From the NCBI GenBank assembly GCA_020444175.1, contig JAHLLM010000006.1:4204-68203 (forward strand): DNA of 64,000 nt. The letters are read 5' to 3'. Below are positions 9,436 to 20,167 of this stretch, in pieces (position 1 is the first letter of the stretch; each line of letters begins with the position of its first letter). The DNA is from Desulfobulbaceae bacterium (GTDB lineage Bacteria; Desulfobacterota; Desulfobulbia; Desulfobulbales; SURF-16). A program made the translations under genes and the position numbers. Under the pieces are notes generated by a model. That model was not told the DNA's origin, made no database searches, and saw only the letters and a list, made by a program, of their open reading frames with translations.

Positions 9436-12400
9436 TTAGGAATCGAGAATTATTTCTTCGTAAATTTTTGTAGCTGCTTCAAAATTTGGAGCTAAAGGAT
9501 GCTTGTTTTCATCATCAAAACTTAAAAGTGTCTTATTTAAAATGTAACGGACTTTATGCATCTCACTTGCGCCCCAGGAGCTCCACGTATTGTCATTAAT
9601 AATCTCCAAGGCTTTTTTGTGGTAATAATCAGGAAGGGAGATATCTTCCCAAAAAATAAGCTTTTCCTTGAGCATGATTTTTCTTAAATCTTTTGCATAT
9701 TTACGGCATTTTCTATCAATTACTGAAAAATCATCGTCTTCATAGCTCGCTGTTTTCATTATTAACCAGTTAACCAATGAAAAGTGCCACCAATTAGCAT
9801 TTTCATTGCATGGGTCTGAGCTATCATTTTGTAAATAATCTAAAATTTTTCTACCGGATAAATCCTTAGGTTTCCCTGAGAAATTTAACAGCTCAGCCAT
9901 TATTTCAATGCTTCTCGATAAGTAATATAATGTTTGCACTGGTCGCACATAGGATGCTTCAGTTGCAGCTGTACCGCTAACGGATATTATTCTATGACAA
10001 ATTGTCAAAAATTCTCCCATAGTAACTGACGTTACATTCTCGAGATTGTACCAATCTGAAAACCTATCAGGGCTATCTGTAATTGTTTCATCTCTATCTA
10101 TATAAAAATTTACTTTTTCAGTATCAATTTGATAATCAACCATATCACTAAATTTCTTTAAAGCTTTTCTGTTGGAAAATAAAACATTTATATGGACTTC
10201 TCCCATCTCAATTAGTTTATTCAATAAGCGAAAAGACCACTCCCACTCACTACTACGACTGCCAGGCAGAAAACCGTATACTGGAGAATCAACCTTACTG
10301 TCTAATCGTCGATCAACAATGCTAAATATTTCGTTTAGTTCTGAATAGAGATTATAAATCTGAGGAAATGATATTCTTTTAACAATAGGAGGAGAGATAT
10401 TATTCTTTTTTAAAAGCTTATCTAAGCATTGTTTGTACAATTTTTGTTGGTAATAAGTGATTGTAAAAATATAATTGCAATTTTCCAACACTCCACAAAT
10501 TCTATTATCATCCAAATAACTATATAATTCGGCTTGAGGTGGCACATAGTATATAACAGGAATTTGCGGAAAGTATTTTTGGGTAAACTTCGATAACTCT
10601 GTATTTGTAAATGAGGAGTCTGAAAGAACAATTAGGTCAGGCTGTAACCTTAGAATTTTATTTACAGGATAAAGTTTAACTAATTGCTTGATCATTTTAG
10701 GGACAGTATCTAAAATTCCAATAGCAGCCCCGGATTCTTCTTTGTCAGAGTACAAATATGGAACACCTTTTCGAGAAAAATGGTGTCCCCCGTTTAAGGC
10801 TACAAATCTTAAATGAATCTTTCCTGAATATTCTTGATTGATTGATCCGCTTGATGAAGTGCATTCTATTAGATTAGTAGCTAAATCGACTAGTTTCTCT
10901 TGACCAGCAACGGAATCGCTTGATAATAGGACTGTTATCTCATGAGAATTTTCTGTTTTTATTAAATTACTCGAATGAATTGCAGTATTTGAAAAAAGTT
11001 CTGCTCGATTTCGCCATAACTTTTGTGGTTGGCCTAATTGGTCATAAATTGCAGATAATTCTCGGAACCATGGAGTCAATAATAGGGACCTTATACCCGT
11101 AATCAACAAATTGGACACATCAAAGTATCTAAATCTAGAAACTAAAATATTATTATCAGCATTGACAAGGTCGGGAAACATGCGTCTTGTAGAGGGTAAC
11201 AAAGATTTATGTTCGATGTTAAAAATCTTTAAAAGGCGTTGTTTTAGAAGTAGTATAAAACTTTCATCAATATTTTCTCTTAAGACTCTTAGCAACACAG
11301 GTTGGATAGTCTTGTCATGACCTTCTTTTGCTCTATTGTGTAAAAATGAGCATATAAACTCGCCTTTCACACCATGCTTTTCTAATGATTCAAAAATATG
11401 ATTGATCTCAGAGTCTGCTTTTTTCCCCTTGAAAATACTGTCAACTAGTAAGTGCATGCCTTGGAATTCAGTCTTCCATGCCGATGCAAACAAAAGCTCC
11501 GTCTGAAATAACAAACAGCTAAGAGAGCTAAATATCAAAACAGTTACCAATAGATAAAAAATGAAATTAGGCTCTATTCCTCTTAAAAGGGGGTAGCTAA
11601 TTAGGATAATTATTACAATTTTAATGAAAGAAAAAACTTTTTGTTTTGACCTATCAATTCTAAATTTAATTTTGGGCCAACGCTTGAAGCTAAAGTTAAT
11701 ATCTCTAGTAAAATCAGTATAATCAAAATAAAAAAACCATGAAGAAATGCATATAAAAAAGGTTATTATTGAAGAGATAAACAACAAAATGAGGTTAATC
11801 AGAGGGATAGGCTCCTTGTGTAAGAGGAATAATAAAGTTTCAATATTGAGACCTAAATCTCCGGGTAAGAGTACTCTGTTTGAACTATACATATCGTAGA
11901 CTAATTGACCACCCACGATTTTCGCCATTACTCCTAGTAAAATTACTGGAATAGTAAAAAACAAAACATCTAATATTGAAAAAGCTTTTTTATATCGACG
12001 AAAAATGAAGTTATAAGCGAGAAAAAAGACCAATGGAACGAAAATTAAAACGACCCACGGAATAGGTGTAAATAGATCTGATGAGAGAGAAAAAACGTAA
12101 GAAAATATAAAACCCAAAGCAATTGAATGCCAATGGCCGAATTTATTCTCACCTTTGAAATATGAAAAATATGAAAAGAAAAGAAATGTTAGAAAACAAA
12201 AGGTTAGTGTGAATGGTATAAAACCGTTCATAACATTGAATAACGAGAAGCTCAGTGGCAAGAGCAATGCCGCACTAGTAAAAATCCGCCCAGCAACCTT
12301 TTTTTTCATAAAAAAAATTGTGTATATGACAATCACAATTAACGGATACAAGAGAGGAACGAATACGCTTATCGATTCGAAATTTAAATTAAAGTAGATT

Positions 12401-13734
12401 AAAGAATTATCGATGAATTTGTCGAGACCCTCTTTGTAGTAAAGTAATAACTTTCCTTTTAAATTATCCAGGTGGATTATTGAGTAGCAAAAAAAAGAAA
12501 AAACCAACCAAAGGCACATATAAACTTTATATTTCTTTCTTTTTTTTATTTCGTTATTAACGAGATATATTTCTTTTACTTTAAAACTAATCAAACCAAG
12601 CATAATGATACTGATAGTTTCTAAGTAATACAGGTCAAAAGATAAAAATGAGAAAATTGCAAAACACATACTTATTAAAAAGTATGTTGAAATCATAAGG
12701 CTAATCAAAAAGTTGCTAATGAGATTAACCTTGTTAAACACATACATCTCTCCATCAAAAAACATATTGTTAATTGATGCTATGAGATAAAACATTATAA
12801 AGTAAGGCATGGCGCTTGCTATAATTAATGCAATATCATCAATTATAGGGATGGTTACTTTTGAATACCATTCAAACTTGTAAATTATCGAAAAAAGAAT
12901 AACCAGAAAGCACAATAATGTACTCCAAAATAAATATGTTCTATTTTTAACAACATAATTGACTATTGATTTTGGTGGTAAATTCCCCGTGGGTGATTTT
13001 GTCATTACTGGAACAGGGTTTTCTGGTGATACGATTCGGGACTCAACAAGTGGCGCAAAAATTGTTAATATTTTTTTTTCTAAAATCCATAATGCCAATA
13101 CTAACTCCAATAAAAGTCCAGTAATTGCCTGATAGAGAGAAATTCCATCGATTTTATTCCAGTAGAAATACGTAGATAAAATTGGAATAAAAGACGCTAT
13201 TATCATTCCAACAACTAATGAGAATTCATTTCGAGTTGTCCAGTGGGGGATAAAATATTTAACGGCCTTTCCAATTGATCGAGACCGAGTGAACAACTTT
13301 ACATTTTGTAGAGCTAGTAAATAGTTAAATTTAGAACTGCTCCTGTGAGTTGCTTGATTTCTAATGTGATGTGTAGCAGTTAATACTTGATCTGTATAAA
13401 AATTAACCCCTAGTATTAAAATGTAATATATAATGAACCCTAAAATTATTACCCCAAAACATAGTTCATTAGTAATTAACTTATCATTATTAAATGACAA
13501 TATATAAAGACCGAAAAAGGAAACTATTGTTGACGAAATAGCAACGATATATTTATGAAGAAATGACCTATAATCGCTCCTTATTTTGCCTGATTGATTG
13601 AAATCTGCTGAAATAAACGGATCATTTGCTTGTTCATCGATTATTTTTTTAATTAAATCTATACTAGGATTCATCTGATCAGATGAATTTTTCTTTTTTT
13701 CTTCCCAAAACATTATTAAATCCCTATTTTCCAA
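9436..13734 (-). CDS. giant polytopic membrane protein with a C-terminal LpxB-like (GT19-like) glycosyltransferase domain
   Basis: 1432-aa ORF. The first ~750 aa are almost continuous hydrophobic segments. The C-terminal part carries PDLIVLSDSSFTNTE...IPVIYYVPPQ, GFLPGSRSSEWEW and VSGTAATEASY, in the same order as the LpxB motifs (PDVFVGIDAPDFN, LLPGSRxxEV, ASGTAALE). The gene is visibly far more AT-rich than its flanks. Confidence 0.7.
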   Translation of the reverse strand: MENRDLIMFWEEKKKNSSDQMNPSIDLIKKIIDEQANDPFISADFNQSGKIRSDYRSFLHKYIVAISSTIVSFFGLYILSFNNDKLITNELCFGVIILGFIIYYILILGVNFYTDQVLTATHHIRNQATHRSSSKFNYLLALQNVKLFTRSRSIGKAVKYFIPHWTTRNEFSLVVGMIIASFIPILSTYFYWNKIDGISLYQAITGLLLELVLALWILEKKILTIFAPLVESRIVSPENPVPVMTKSPTGNLPPKSIVNYVVKNRTYLFWSTLLCFLVILFSIIYKFEWYSKVTIPIIDDIALIIASAMPYFIMFYLIASINNMFFDGEMYVFNKVNLISNFLISLMISTYFLISMCFAIFSFLSFDLYYLETISIIMLGLISFKVKEIYLVNNEIKKRKKYKVYMCLWLVFSFFCYSIIHLDNLKGKLLLYYKEGLDKFIDNSLIYFNLNFESISVFVPLLYPLIVIVIYTIFFMKKKVAGRIFTSAALLLPLSFSLFNVMNGFIPFTLTFCFLTFLFFSYFSYFKGENKFGHWHSIALGFIFSYVFSLSSDLFTPIPWVVLIFVPLVFFLAYNFIFRRYKKAFSILDVLFFTIPVILLGVMAKIVGGQLVYDMYSSNRVLLPGDLGLNIETLLFLLHKEPIPLINLILLFISSIITFFICISSWFFYFDYTDFTRDINFSFKRWPKIKFRIDRSKQKVFSFIKIVIIILISYPLLRGIEPNFIFYLLVTVLIFSSLSCLLFQTELLFASAWKTEFQGMHLLVDSIFKGKKADSEINHIFESLEKHGVKGEFICSFLHNRAKEGHDKTIQPVLLRVLRENIDESFILLLKQRLLKIFNIEHKSLLPSTRRMFPDLVNADNNILVSRFRYFDVSNLLITGIRSLLLTPWFRELSAIYDQLGQPQKLWRNRAELFSNTAIHSSNLIKTENSHEITVLLSSDSVAGQEKLVDLATNLIECTSSSGSINQEYSGKIHLRFVALNGGHHFSRKGVPYLYSDKEESGAAIGILDTVPKMIKQLVKLYPVNKILRLQPDLIVLSDSSFTNTELSKFTQKYFPQIPVIYYVPPQAELYSYLDDNRICGVLENCNYIFTITYYQQKLYKQCLDKLLKKNNISPPIVKRISFPQIYNLYSELNEIFSIVDRRLDSKVDSPVYGFLPGSRSSEWEWSFRLLNKLIEMGEVHINVLFSNRKALKKFSDMVDYQIDTEKVNFYIDRDETITDSPDRFSDWYNLENVTSVTMGEFLTICHRIISVSGTAATEASYVRPVQTLYYLSRSIEIMAELLNFSGKPKDLSGRKILDYLQNDSSDPCNENANWWHFSLVNWLIMKTASYEDDDFSVIDRKCRKYAKDLRKIMLKEKLIFWEDISLPDYYHKKALEIINDNTWSSWGASEMHKVRYILNKTLLSFDDENKHPLAPNFEAATKIYEEIILDS

Positions 13735-13839
13735 GATAATTATTTAGCAGGGTGTTGAAAAAGTCCTATTAAAAATGACAATTAAATCCTTATAGTGTAA
13801 AATATAACATATTGATAATACACCATAAAGGGTAACTAT

Positions 13840-14040
13840 ATGCGCGGTTCAGATGTTCAACAACAAATGTTGTTCAGTTATATTTCTCCAGAAGCGAGAG
13901 TCCCACAGAATCATCCGTTAAGGTCGATTCGAGAAATGACAAATAAGGCACTTGAAGAATTATCGTCTTTGTTAAAGGAAATGTATTCAGAAGTAGGCCG
14001 TCCGACGATATTTCAAAATCGAGATAGCTTTTACATATAA
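13840..14040 (+). pseudogene. IS5/IS1182-family transposase N-terminal fragment
   Basis: QQQMLFSYISPEARVPQNHPLRSIREMTNKALEELSSLLKEMYSEVGRPTI matches the conserved N-terminal (DUF772-type) segment of IS5/IS1182 transposases. The ORF stops after 66 aa. Confidence 0.7.
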
Positions 14041-14389
14041 GGGCCTTCTTGACTGACAAAAAGAGTCAGCACTTTTTAACGGCAAAAAAATGTTACGTCA
14101 ATATATTACTTACAAGCTTGATTAGCATAGACGGAGGAGAAAGCCAGAAACAATAAGCACTATCAATGCGTTATGAATAATGTTAGGGAATATTTTTTTA
14201 TGTTTAAGCTGAGGAGGCATTTGCCTCTGTAGTGATAATGCTGCAGGACTCAATCTCCTTCCCGTCTTCAGGGTTCCTCCAGTTCTCCCATGCCGGCCAT
14301 GGCAAAGAGTCTTCCATTCTTCATTTTGATAAAGTGGGGGGGGCTTTCCTTCCTGTTTCAATTCATAAAGCTAACTGCTTGGTTAGCTT

Positions 14390-16105
14390 TTAGTCTGCAT
14401 CTAGTTCCGTAGAGAAGGAAGTCCAAACCGGTACATGATCAGAATACCCGTCTAAGTAGGTGCCTATATTTTCTGGTTTATATACAGTTGTGCTTTTTTT
14501 AATTAATTCCAAAGTATTTTCAGGACGCAACATTATGTGATCGATGAGTGAGGCAAAATTGCCGATCAAATAAGAAACATCGTTGGAACCGGCGGAGAGT
14601 CTGGTTTTCCATGTTTGAGTGAAAAAACGCCCTTTGCGATATATAGAATCGATAGAATCGTCCGTAGCCTCGGCGTTAAAGTCTCCGATTAGAATGATAT
14701 CTTGTTCTCCGGATTCTGAAATGAGATTATCGATGGCATCCAGTAGTTCACGTGCTTGCTTGGTGCGCACATAATCGGAGTCATCTCCTCCTTTTTGTGA
14801 TTTGAGATGCACAGCAACAACCCAAAAGTCGAATTCACCTGCTTTGAATTTAGCGGCCAATGGCTTGCGTAAATAACCAGTACTACTTGAACTTTCAAGT
14901 TCTCGAGCTTCCGAAAGAAGTGCAACTTCATCAGCATCGTAGGCGATTACTATGTTCTGCTTGCCTCCGGACTCGCCGGGAAGAAATACATAACCATCGT
15001 CTTCCATATATCGTTTGAGCCATTTATATTGCTGGTCCGATATTTTTCGCTCTTTATCATCATATATAAATGTTCCATTCATGCTTGTGTTGACTTCTTC
15101 AAACGCTACAATCTCTATGTCTAGGGCTTCTGTCACAAAATCTGCAATCCGTTTTACATCATCTTCTTCACGCAACTCCTGACGATAACGCATTTCACTC
15201 CCCAACCAATAAAGGTTGTAAGTCCCAACTTCTATTTTTGACGGAATTTCAGCTTCAGCTTCTTCAGCTTCGACCGATTCGAATAGAGGGCTCGGCGAGT
15301 CCGTGGTTCCCCAAATAGCCGCAACGAATTCTGGGCGATCTATAAAAGGGTTCCGGTTATGTTGATATGCTTCATAAATTAGATCGTTACGCCGACGTTC
15401 GTCGTCGTCAACTGGGTCATCTTCGTGCCATTGTAAGATCTGTGAGCGTATTCCAAGAACAGGATCCTTGTCCGAGTGGTGTTGACCCGTTTCAACTAAT
15501 TCAAGATCTGGTACTCCATTATCACCTTCGTAACGCGTGGCCATATAAAGAACCATACGTGCTACATCTCCTTTAGCCGCATCCCTCGGCTCCCAGGTCC
15601 AGACATTATTACCTTTTTTACATTCTGTATGACCCTTATAGTTTCCATGTGTGTCTTCAAACAGTTCGCCTCCCTCAGCAAAGGAACGGTTATTGCGATT
15701 GCTATTAGTCGAAACGTCAGAAGCACGTAGATGATGCAGATCAGTTCCTGCACCTTTACTTGTCCCAAAATTTCCGAAGGATTTCGGCCAAACATGTTCT
15801 CGATTCCAACCTTTTCCATCATCATATTTTTTGGCAGCATCCATTTTGAAGTTACTATAAATACCAATAACCATATCTGGATTATCAGGATCCCGATCCA
15901 ATATTTTTAGGGCTTCATAAGCCTGTGAATAACTCAATTCTTCATGGTCATCGATGATCTCGTGTAGTACTTGTTTTAATGTTTCGCCGACTTTTCCTTC
16001 TGCAGAGCTGTAGTAACCAACTGGCGGCTCGGCAAAGGCCAAAACTTTTAAATGAAATAGAAAAGCAACAGTCATACAAATTGAAATTCTCTTGAATAGA
16101 ACCAT
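14390..16105 (-). CDS. secreted bifunctional nuclease: Endonuclease I domain plus endonuclease/exonuclease/phosphatase (EEP) domain
   Basis: GGAGGG precedes ATG at 16105, followed by a signal-like MVLFKRISICMTVAFLFHLKVLAFA. Endonuclease-I motifs are NREHVWPKS, DLHHLRASD and NRNPFID. The C-terminal EEP signatures are VGTYNLYW, EEVN, LIGDFN and YSDHVPV. Confidence 0.85.
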   Translation of the reverse strand: MVLFKRISICMTVAFLFHLKVLAFAEPPVGYYSSAEGKVGETLKQVLHEIIDDHEELSYSQAYEALKILDRDPDNPDMVIGIYSNFKMDAAKKYDDGKGWNREHVWPKSFGNFGTSKGAGTDLHHLRASDVSTNSNRNNRSFAEGGELFEDTHGNYKGHTECKKGNNVWTWEPRDAAKGDVARMVLYMATRYEGDNGVPDLELVETGQHHSDKDPVLGIRSQILQWHEDDPVDDDERRRNDLIYEAYQHNRNPFIDRPEFVAAIWGTTDSPSPLFESVEAEEAEAEIPSKIEVGTYNLYWLGSEMRYRQELREEDDVKRIADFVTEALDIEIVAFEEVNTSMNGTFIYDDKERKISDQQYKWLKRYMEDDGYVFLPGESGGKQNIVIAYDADEVALLSEARELESSSSTGYLRKPLAAKFKAGEFDFWVVAVHLKSQKGGDDSDYVRTKQARELLDAIDNLISESGEQDIILIGDFNAEATDDSIDSIYRKGRFFTQTWKTRLSAGSNDVSYLIGNFASLIDHIMLRPENTLELIKKSTTVYKPENIGTYLDGYSDHVPVWTSFSTELDAD

Positions 16106-16324
16106 AATCCCTCCGTATCTATATTTGATAAAATCTACAACAACCTTAAGGTCCATTTCCTGTCTCAATTTCCATCCATTTAATTTTCTACGGCAGCAAA
16201 CTCATTTATTGGGATGAAGTCCTCATATGTGCCAAATTGCCACATTTGCATCCATGCACACAAATGAAATACTTCTATTTGACAGGATTATCAATGATGA
16301 AATAAAAAAATGAGGGAGGTGAAG

Positions 16325-16453
16325 ATGAAAAAATATATCTTGGTCGTTTGTCTTATGTGCTTATGTGGCTTTATGGTTCCCGAACAGCCAGAAGCGGCCA
16401 TCATCCCGACAGAAGAGTATGGCCTTATTCTTTATGATGATGTGAAATTGTAA
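16325..16453 (+). CDS. possible 42-aa signal-peptide-bearing small protein
   Basis: GAGGGAGG lies upstream of the ATG. The product is MKKYILVVCLMCLCGFMVPEQPEAAIIPTEEYGLILYDDVKL. It is too short for the ORF track and is unsupported otherwise. Confidence 0.25.
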   Translation: MKKYILVVCLMCLCGFMVPEQPEAAIIPTEEYGLILYDDVKL

Positions 16454-16583
16454 TCATCACCCGCTTTGCTCTTCAAAAAAAATCATCATGACCTTCTGAA
16501 TCGTTTCCTCTGTTATATTCGTACCAGGAAAACCTTTAGTTAAGTGAATCGTTAAATGCTTGAGATTGGTAACACCAAGATAA

Positions 16584-16635
16584 AGATTTTTCCTAATTCT
16601 GTTTCAAATCTTGAGCCGTAGATACAGTAGACTCT
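16584..16635 (+). repeat. non-coding repeat E, copy 1
   Basis: agatttttcctaattctgtttcaaatcttgagccgtagatacagtagactct aligns with 48545-48593. It lies immediately 3' of the helicase stop. Confidence 0.7.
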
Positions 16636-16636
16636 G

Positions 16637-18844
16637 TTACCCAGAGTGATGATTGACTATCGACTCAACCAACTTCTTCGCGCCATTAGAATTCAGAAAT
16701 TTGGACGCATAGTCGATGGTTAGAAGTTCCTCCGCCAAAAAGTGGTCATATTTTTCGGTTATTTTGTTACGAACACGGCTGGCAAGGTATTTTTCGTCTG
16801 ATATGCCAGAGGCAAGGATTTCTTCCAATATGTTGAACACTTCCTCTTCGCTTTTGTTCTCAATTGAAAGGACGAAATTGCTCTTTTCGACACGAAATCC
16901 TTCGTTCATCAATTGGAGCAACAGGGTGTAGATGCTTTGGTCGCCATCCCAGCAAAACAGCAGCACATCCTCGCCAGCCTGGACCACCGAGCGCCTTGCA
17001 AGACCCATCGAGTGAAAGTTCTGGCGACCTTCCAAAAGAAGTTTTCTTGACTTTGCATCAAGGAACGAGAATTGGTCTGCCCCAGAGTAAATATCTAGCA
17101 TGGCTGATCGTATGCGCTTATGGACACGTGCCCCATGGCCCCCGAACATAGGCGGTTTGCCAGCTTTTGTAGGGGTGAGTTCTATGACTTTACGTTGGCT
17201 ATCTACCGCTACCACAACCCAGCGTCTTCCTGCGAATATTAGATAGCTTCCCTCTGTTACAGGGTATTCGATGGGAAGGCTCCCAAGCGTTTTGTTGCCC
17301 GAAATCAACTTGTATTCTTCTGGAGTTTTGAACGCCGAAAAGAACTCGTAATGGTTCACTATCCGCTCGCCTTTATCTCCAAGAAATAAGGTTCCGTCAG
17401 AGGCTTGAGAAATGAGGTCTTCGGCTGCTATCGCCCGCAGGAGGTCACCATAGGTAGCTTGTGTGATTTTGTCGAAAGATCCGCCTTTGCAGAGAAGTTT
17501 CCAGAGTGGTAGAGGGCGGCCCCCGCCACGCTCTGCCAGTACTGAGAGGGTTTGCTGAACGAGGGTTGAAAAGTCGAGCGCATCCGCCTGCGGCGGTTCA
17601 TACCATTTCTCTAAAAGCAACTGAACCATCGCAATCGACTGAAAAAGCTGGGCTCTTAGCCTGTCGATGACAGAACTTTTCGGCGTCAGTTTCTCTTCCC
17701 TGACGTATAGCCGCATTATGCCAGCCTCGCCAGCCCTTCTGCCGGAGCGCCCTAAGCGCTGGCGCAGGGCTGCAACGGAGGGAGGGGAGTCCAACTGGGC
17801 AATGCTAGAAACATTGCCCACATCGATGCCAAGTTCTAATGTGTTTGTACAGACGATAGAAGTCGGGCGGCTTTTGTCCTTCAGACGGATTTCGGCTTCT
17901 TCCCGAATCTCTTTCGATAAGCTGCCGTGGTGAGGGAGAAATTCATTTGGAACACGGTCATCTTCAGAAAGCCTTCTGAGGATGTCGGCGCATATTTCAA
18001 CATCTCGACGGCGGTTGGCGAAGATAAGGTTGTCCGAGCCCCGCAACACCTTAAATATGTGTGCGCAGATGTCTTTCAGGTTCCCATCGCCGACATCCTC
18101 ATTTTGACCGTTAAGCTGTGCTTCATCGCCAGAGACAACGCAGCCCCTTATTTGGAGGCGTATCTCCTGGGCGTCGTCATCGGATTGGATCTGTTTTACG
18201 AAAGGTCCCCCTTTGGGACGCATGAACTCAGCAGCAAGTCCCATGTCGCCCAGGGTGGCGCTGAGTCCGATTCGAGGGATACTTCGCCCGGTTGCCACCT
18301 CTGTCCTGTGGAGGAGAGATTGGAGTTGCCGGCCACGTACGCTGCCGATAAAAGAGTGCAGCTCATCAATCACTACGTGAGAAAGACTGCCGAACAAGCG
18401 TCCGATCTGGTGACCTCTGATTACGAACAATGCCTCCAGCGATTCGGGGGTGATGATCAGAATTCCTGAGGGTTTCTTTAGGACTTTGTGTTTTCTGTTT
18501 TGGGCTACGTCACCATGCCATTTGTGTACGGCTATCTTCAGCCCTTCGCACATCTGCTCGATGCGCCGGAATTGATCGTTTATCAGCGCCTTCAAGGGGC
18601 TCACACAAAGAACGTCTATCCCGGTTGAAGACTTGTCAACCAGCTGGGAACATAGCGGAAGGAAGACAGCCTCCGTCTTTCCACCGGCTGTCGCCGCGCT
18701 GATAATCAGATCACCTCTACCGCACAGGACGAAGCGGATGGCTTCCTCCTGGATGTAGTGCAGTTCCTCCCATCCCTCACGCCAGATCCACTTGCGGACC
18801 TTCTCGTGGAGGAGATCAAAAGAGCTGGAGCTATCTTCAGTCAT
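16637..18844 (-). CDS. sngC: Shango-type DEAD/DEAH (Lhr-like) helicase
   Basis: 735-aa ORF with helicase motifs AATAGGKTEA (I), VIDELH (II), SATLGD (III) and QRLGRSGRR (VI). It starts 6 nt after the preceding ATPase gene ends. Confidence 0.8.
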   Translation of the reverse strand: MTEDSSSSFDLLHEKVRKWIWREGWEELHYIQEEAIRFVLCGRGDLIISAATAGGKTEAVFLPLCSQLVDKSSTGIDVLCVSPLKALINDQFRRIEQMCEGLKIAVHKWHGDVAQNRKHKVLKKPSGILIITPESLEALFVIRGHQIGRLFGSLSHVVIDELHSFIGSVRGRQLQSLLHRTEVATGRSIPRIGLSATLGDMGLAAEFMRPKGGPFVKQIQSDDDAQEIRLQIRGCVVSGDEAQLNGQNEDVGDGNLKDICAHIFKVLRGSDNLIFANRRRDVEICADILRRLSEDDRVPNEFLPHHGSLSKEIREEAEIRLKDKSRPTSIVCTNTLELGIDVGNVSSIAQLDSPPSVAALRQRLGRSGRRAGEAGIMRLYVREEKLTPKSSVIDRLRAQLFQSIAMVQLLLEKWYEPPQADALDFSTLVQQTLSVLAERGGGRPLPLWKLLCKGGSFDKITQATYGDLLRAIAAEDLISQASDGTLFLGDKGERIVNHYEFFSAFKTPEEYKLISGNKTLGSLPIEYPVTEGSYLIFAGRRWVVVAVDSQRKVIELTPTKAGKPPMFGGHGARVHKRIRSAMLDIYSGADQFSFLDAKSRKLLLEGRQNFHSMGLARRSVVQAGEDVLLFCWDGDQSIYTLLLQLMNEGFRVEKSNFVLSIENKSEEEVFNILEEILASGISDEKYLASRVRNKITEKYDHFLAEELLTIDYASKFLNSNGAKKLVESIVNHHSG

Positions 18845-18850
18845 CTTGCC

Positions 18851-20167
18851 TTATAGCGTGAAAGAAGTGAGTTCGTCGTCCTCATCTCCTTCATCCTCCA
18901 TCCCTAATAAAGTGCTGGGATCGATGTCGGCTTTGAATTCGAGACCCCCCAGATGGTTCTCCCATCTTTGGTCTGGATGCTGAAGCAAAATCACGAGCAG
19001 GTCCAAGAAATATTTGGCAAAGTTCCTTGGTGTAGCGAAGTGAGAGGCCCCAACCTTGTTGTAGCAATAGTCCATAAAGGCTTGAATCCCTTGGTCGCTT
19101 ATAAGCTCTCTACCCGAATCCGCCGAGGCGACAACGATTCTTAACTTTTGAAGGAGGACGAAGGTCTCTTCTTTAGACAAAGTCGTAAGACGGATCACTG
19201 GGCCGCTCATATCCACAAGCCCGTTTTTAGCGAAAGAATTCTCCGCAAGCCTCGATTGGAGGGCTTCATAGCTGAAGAGACCTCTTCGGGTATCTGTGAG
19301 AAACTCAGGTGTGCCTCCCATCAGGAACCCCAGGCCCTCGGTAGAGCCCTGCAGGCAGTCGTTCAGGATGCGCAGAATCTGTTCGTAGTTGGCATTGCGG
19401 GACTGGGTATGGGAAAGCTTGTAAAGGTTGACCATCTCATCGAGGCAGACTAGCAATCCATCGTAACCTGCGAGTTTGACAAATCGTGCCATAAGTTTCA
19501 GGTAATCATAGAAACCAGCGTCATCGACAAAAGTGCGCACACCTAAAGCTGCCCTGGCGTCTGTTTTGGTTGTAAACTCACCCCGTAGCCACCGCACGGC
19601 ATCAGCCTTCAACTGATCGTTACCGGTGTCATGACCACGCCAGTATGCCCCGATAACATCTGCAAAATCGTAACCACCCACCATCTCGGATAGCTTCTCC
19701 AACCGTTCAGCGATTACTACACCAGGATTGGTTCCATTTGCCTTGGCTTCACCTAAGGCCGAAGAAACGAATCGCTCCACCACTGAAGCCAAGGCATTGC
19801 CTTCCGGCTTGGTGCGAGTAGACATGTTGCGCATCAACTCAGCGAAAAGGCTACGCGCCTGCCCGCCCGTACCATGTAGCCGTCTATTCGGATCAAGGTC
19901 AGCATGTGCTGTCACGAGTTTTTTGTGTAATGCGACTGTACGGACAAGTGAGAGGAAAAAGCTTTTCCCCGAGCCGTAGTCTCCGATTATCAGGCGGATT
20001 CCGGAGCCGCCATCTATGATTCTGTTGATATCGTTTATAAGAGCTTCTATCTCTCGAACACGTCCCACCTGTACGTGTTGCTGGCCAATTCTAGGCACCA
20101 CGCCGGCACGCAAAGATTGTATGATAGCGTCTCTCTCTTTTGGTCTAATCTTCGTTGCGTTGCTCAT
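18851..20167 (-). CDS. sngB: Shango-type P-loop ATPase (DUF2791-like)
   Basis: Walker A is GDYGSGKSFF and Walker B-like is LLVCLDEM. The start was moved to the ATG at 20167-20165, which overlaps the upstream TGA (ATGA). The longer ORF-track start would overlap sngA by 61 nt. Confidence 0.8.
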   Translation of the reverse strand: MSNATKIRPKERDAIIQSLRAGVVPRIGQQHVQVGRVREIEALINDINRIIDGGSGIRLIIGDYGSGKSFFLSLVRTVALHKKLVTAHADLDPNRRLHGTGGQARSLFAELMRNMSTRTKPEGNALASVVERFVSSALGEAKANGTNPGVVIAERLEKLSEMVGGYDFADVIGAYWRGHDTGNDQLKADAVRWLRGEFTTKTDARAALGVRTFVDDAGFYDYLKLMARFVKLAGYDGLLVCLDEMVNLYKLSHTQSRNANYEQILRILNDCLQGSTEGLGFLMGGTPEFLTDTRRGLFSYEALQSRLAENSFAKNGLVDMSGPVIRLTTLSKEETFVLLQKLRIVVASADSGRELISDQGIQAFMDYCYNKVGASHFATPRNFAKYFLDLLVILLQHPDQRWENHLGGLEFKADIDPSTLLGMEDEGDEDDELTSFTL

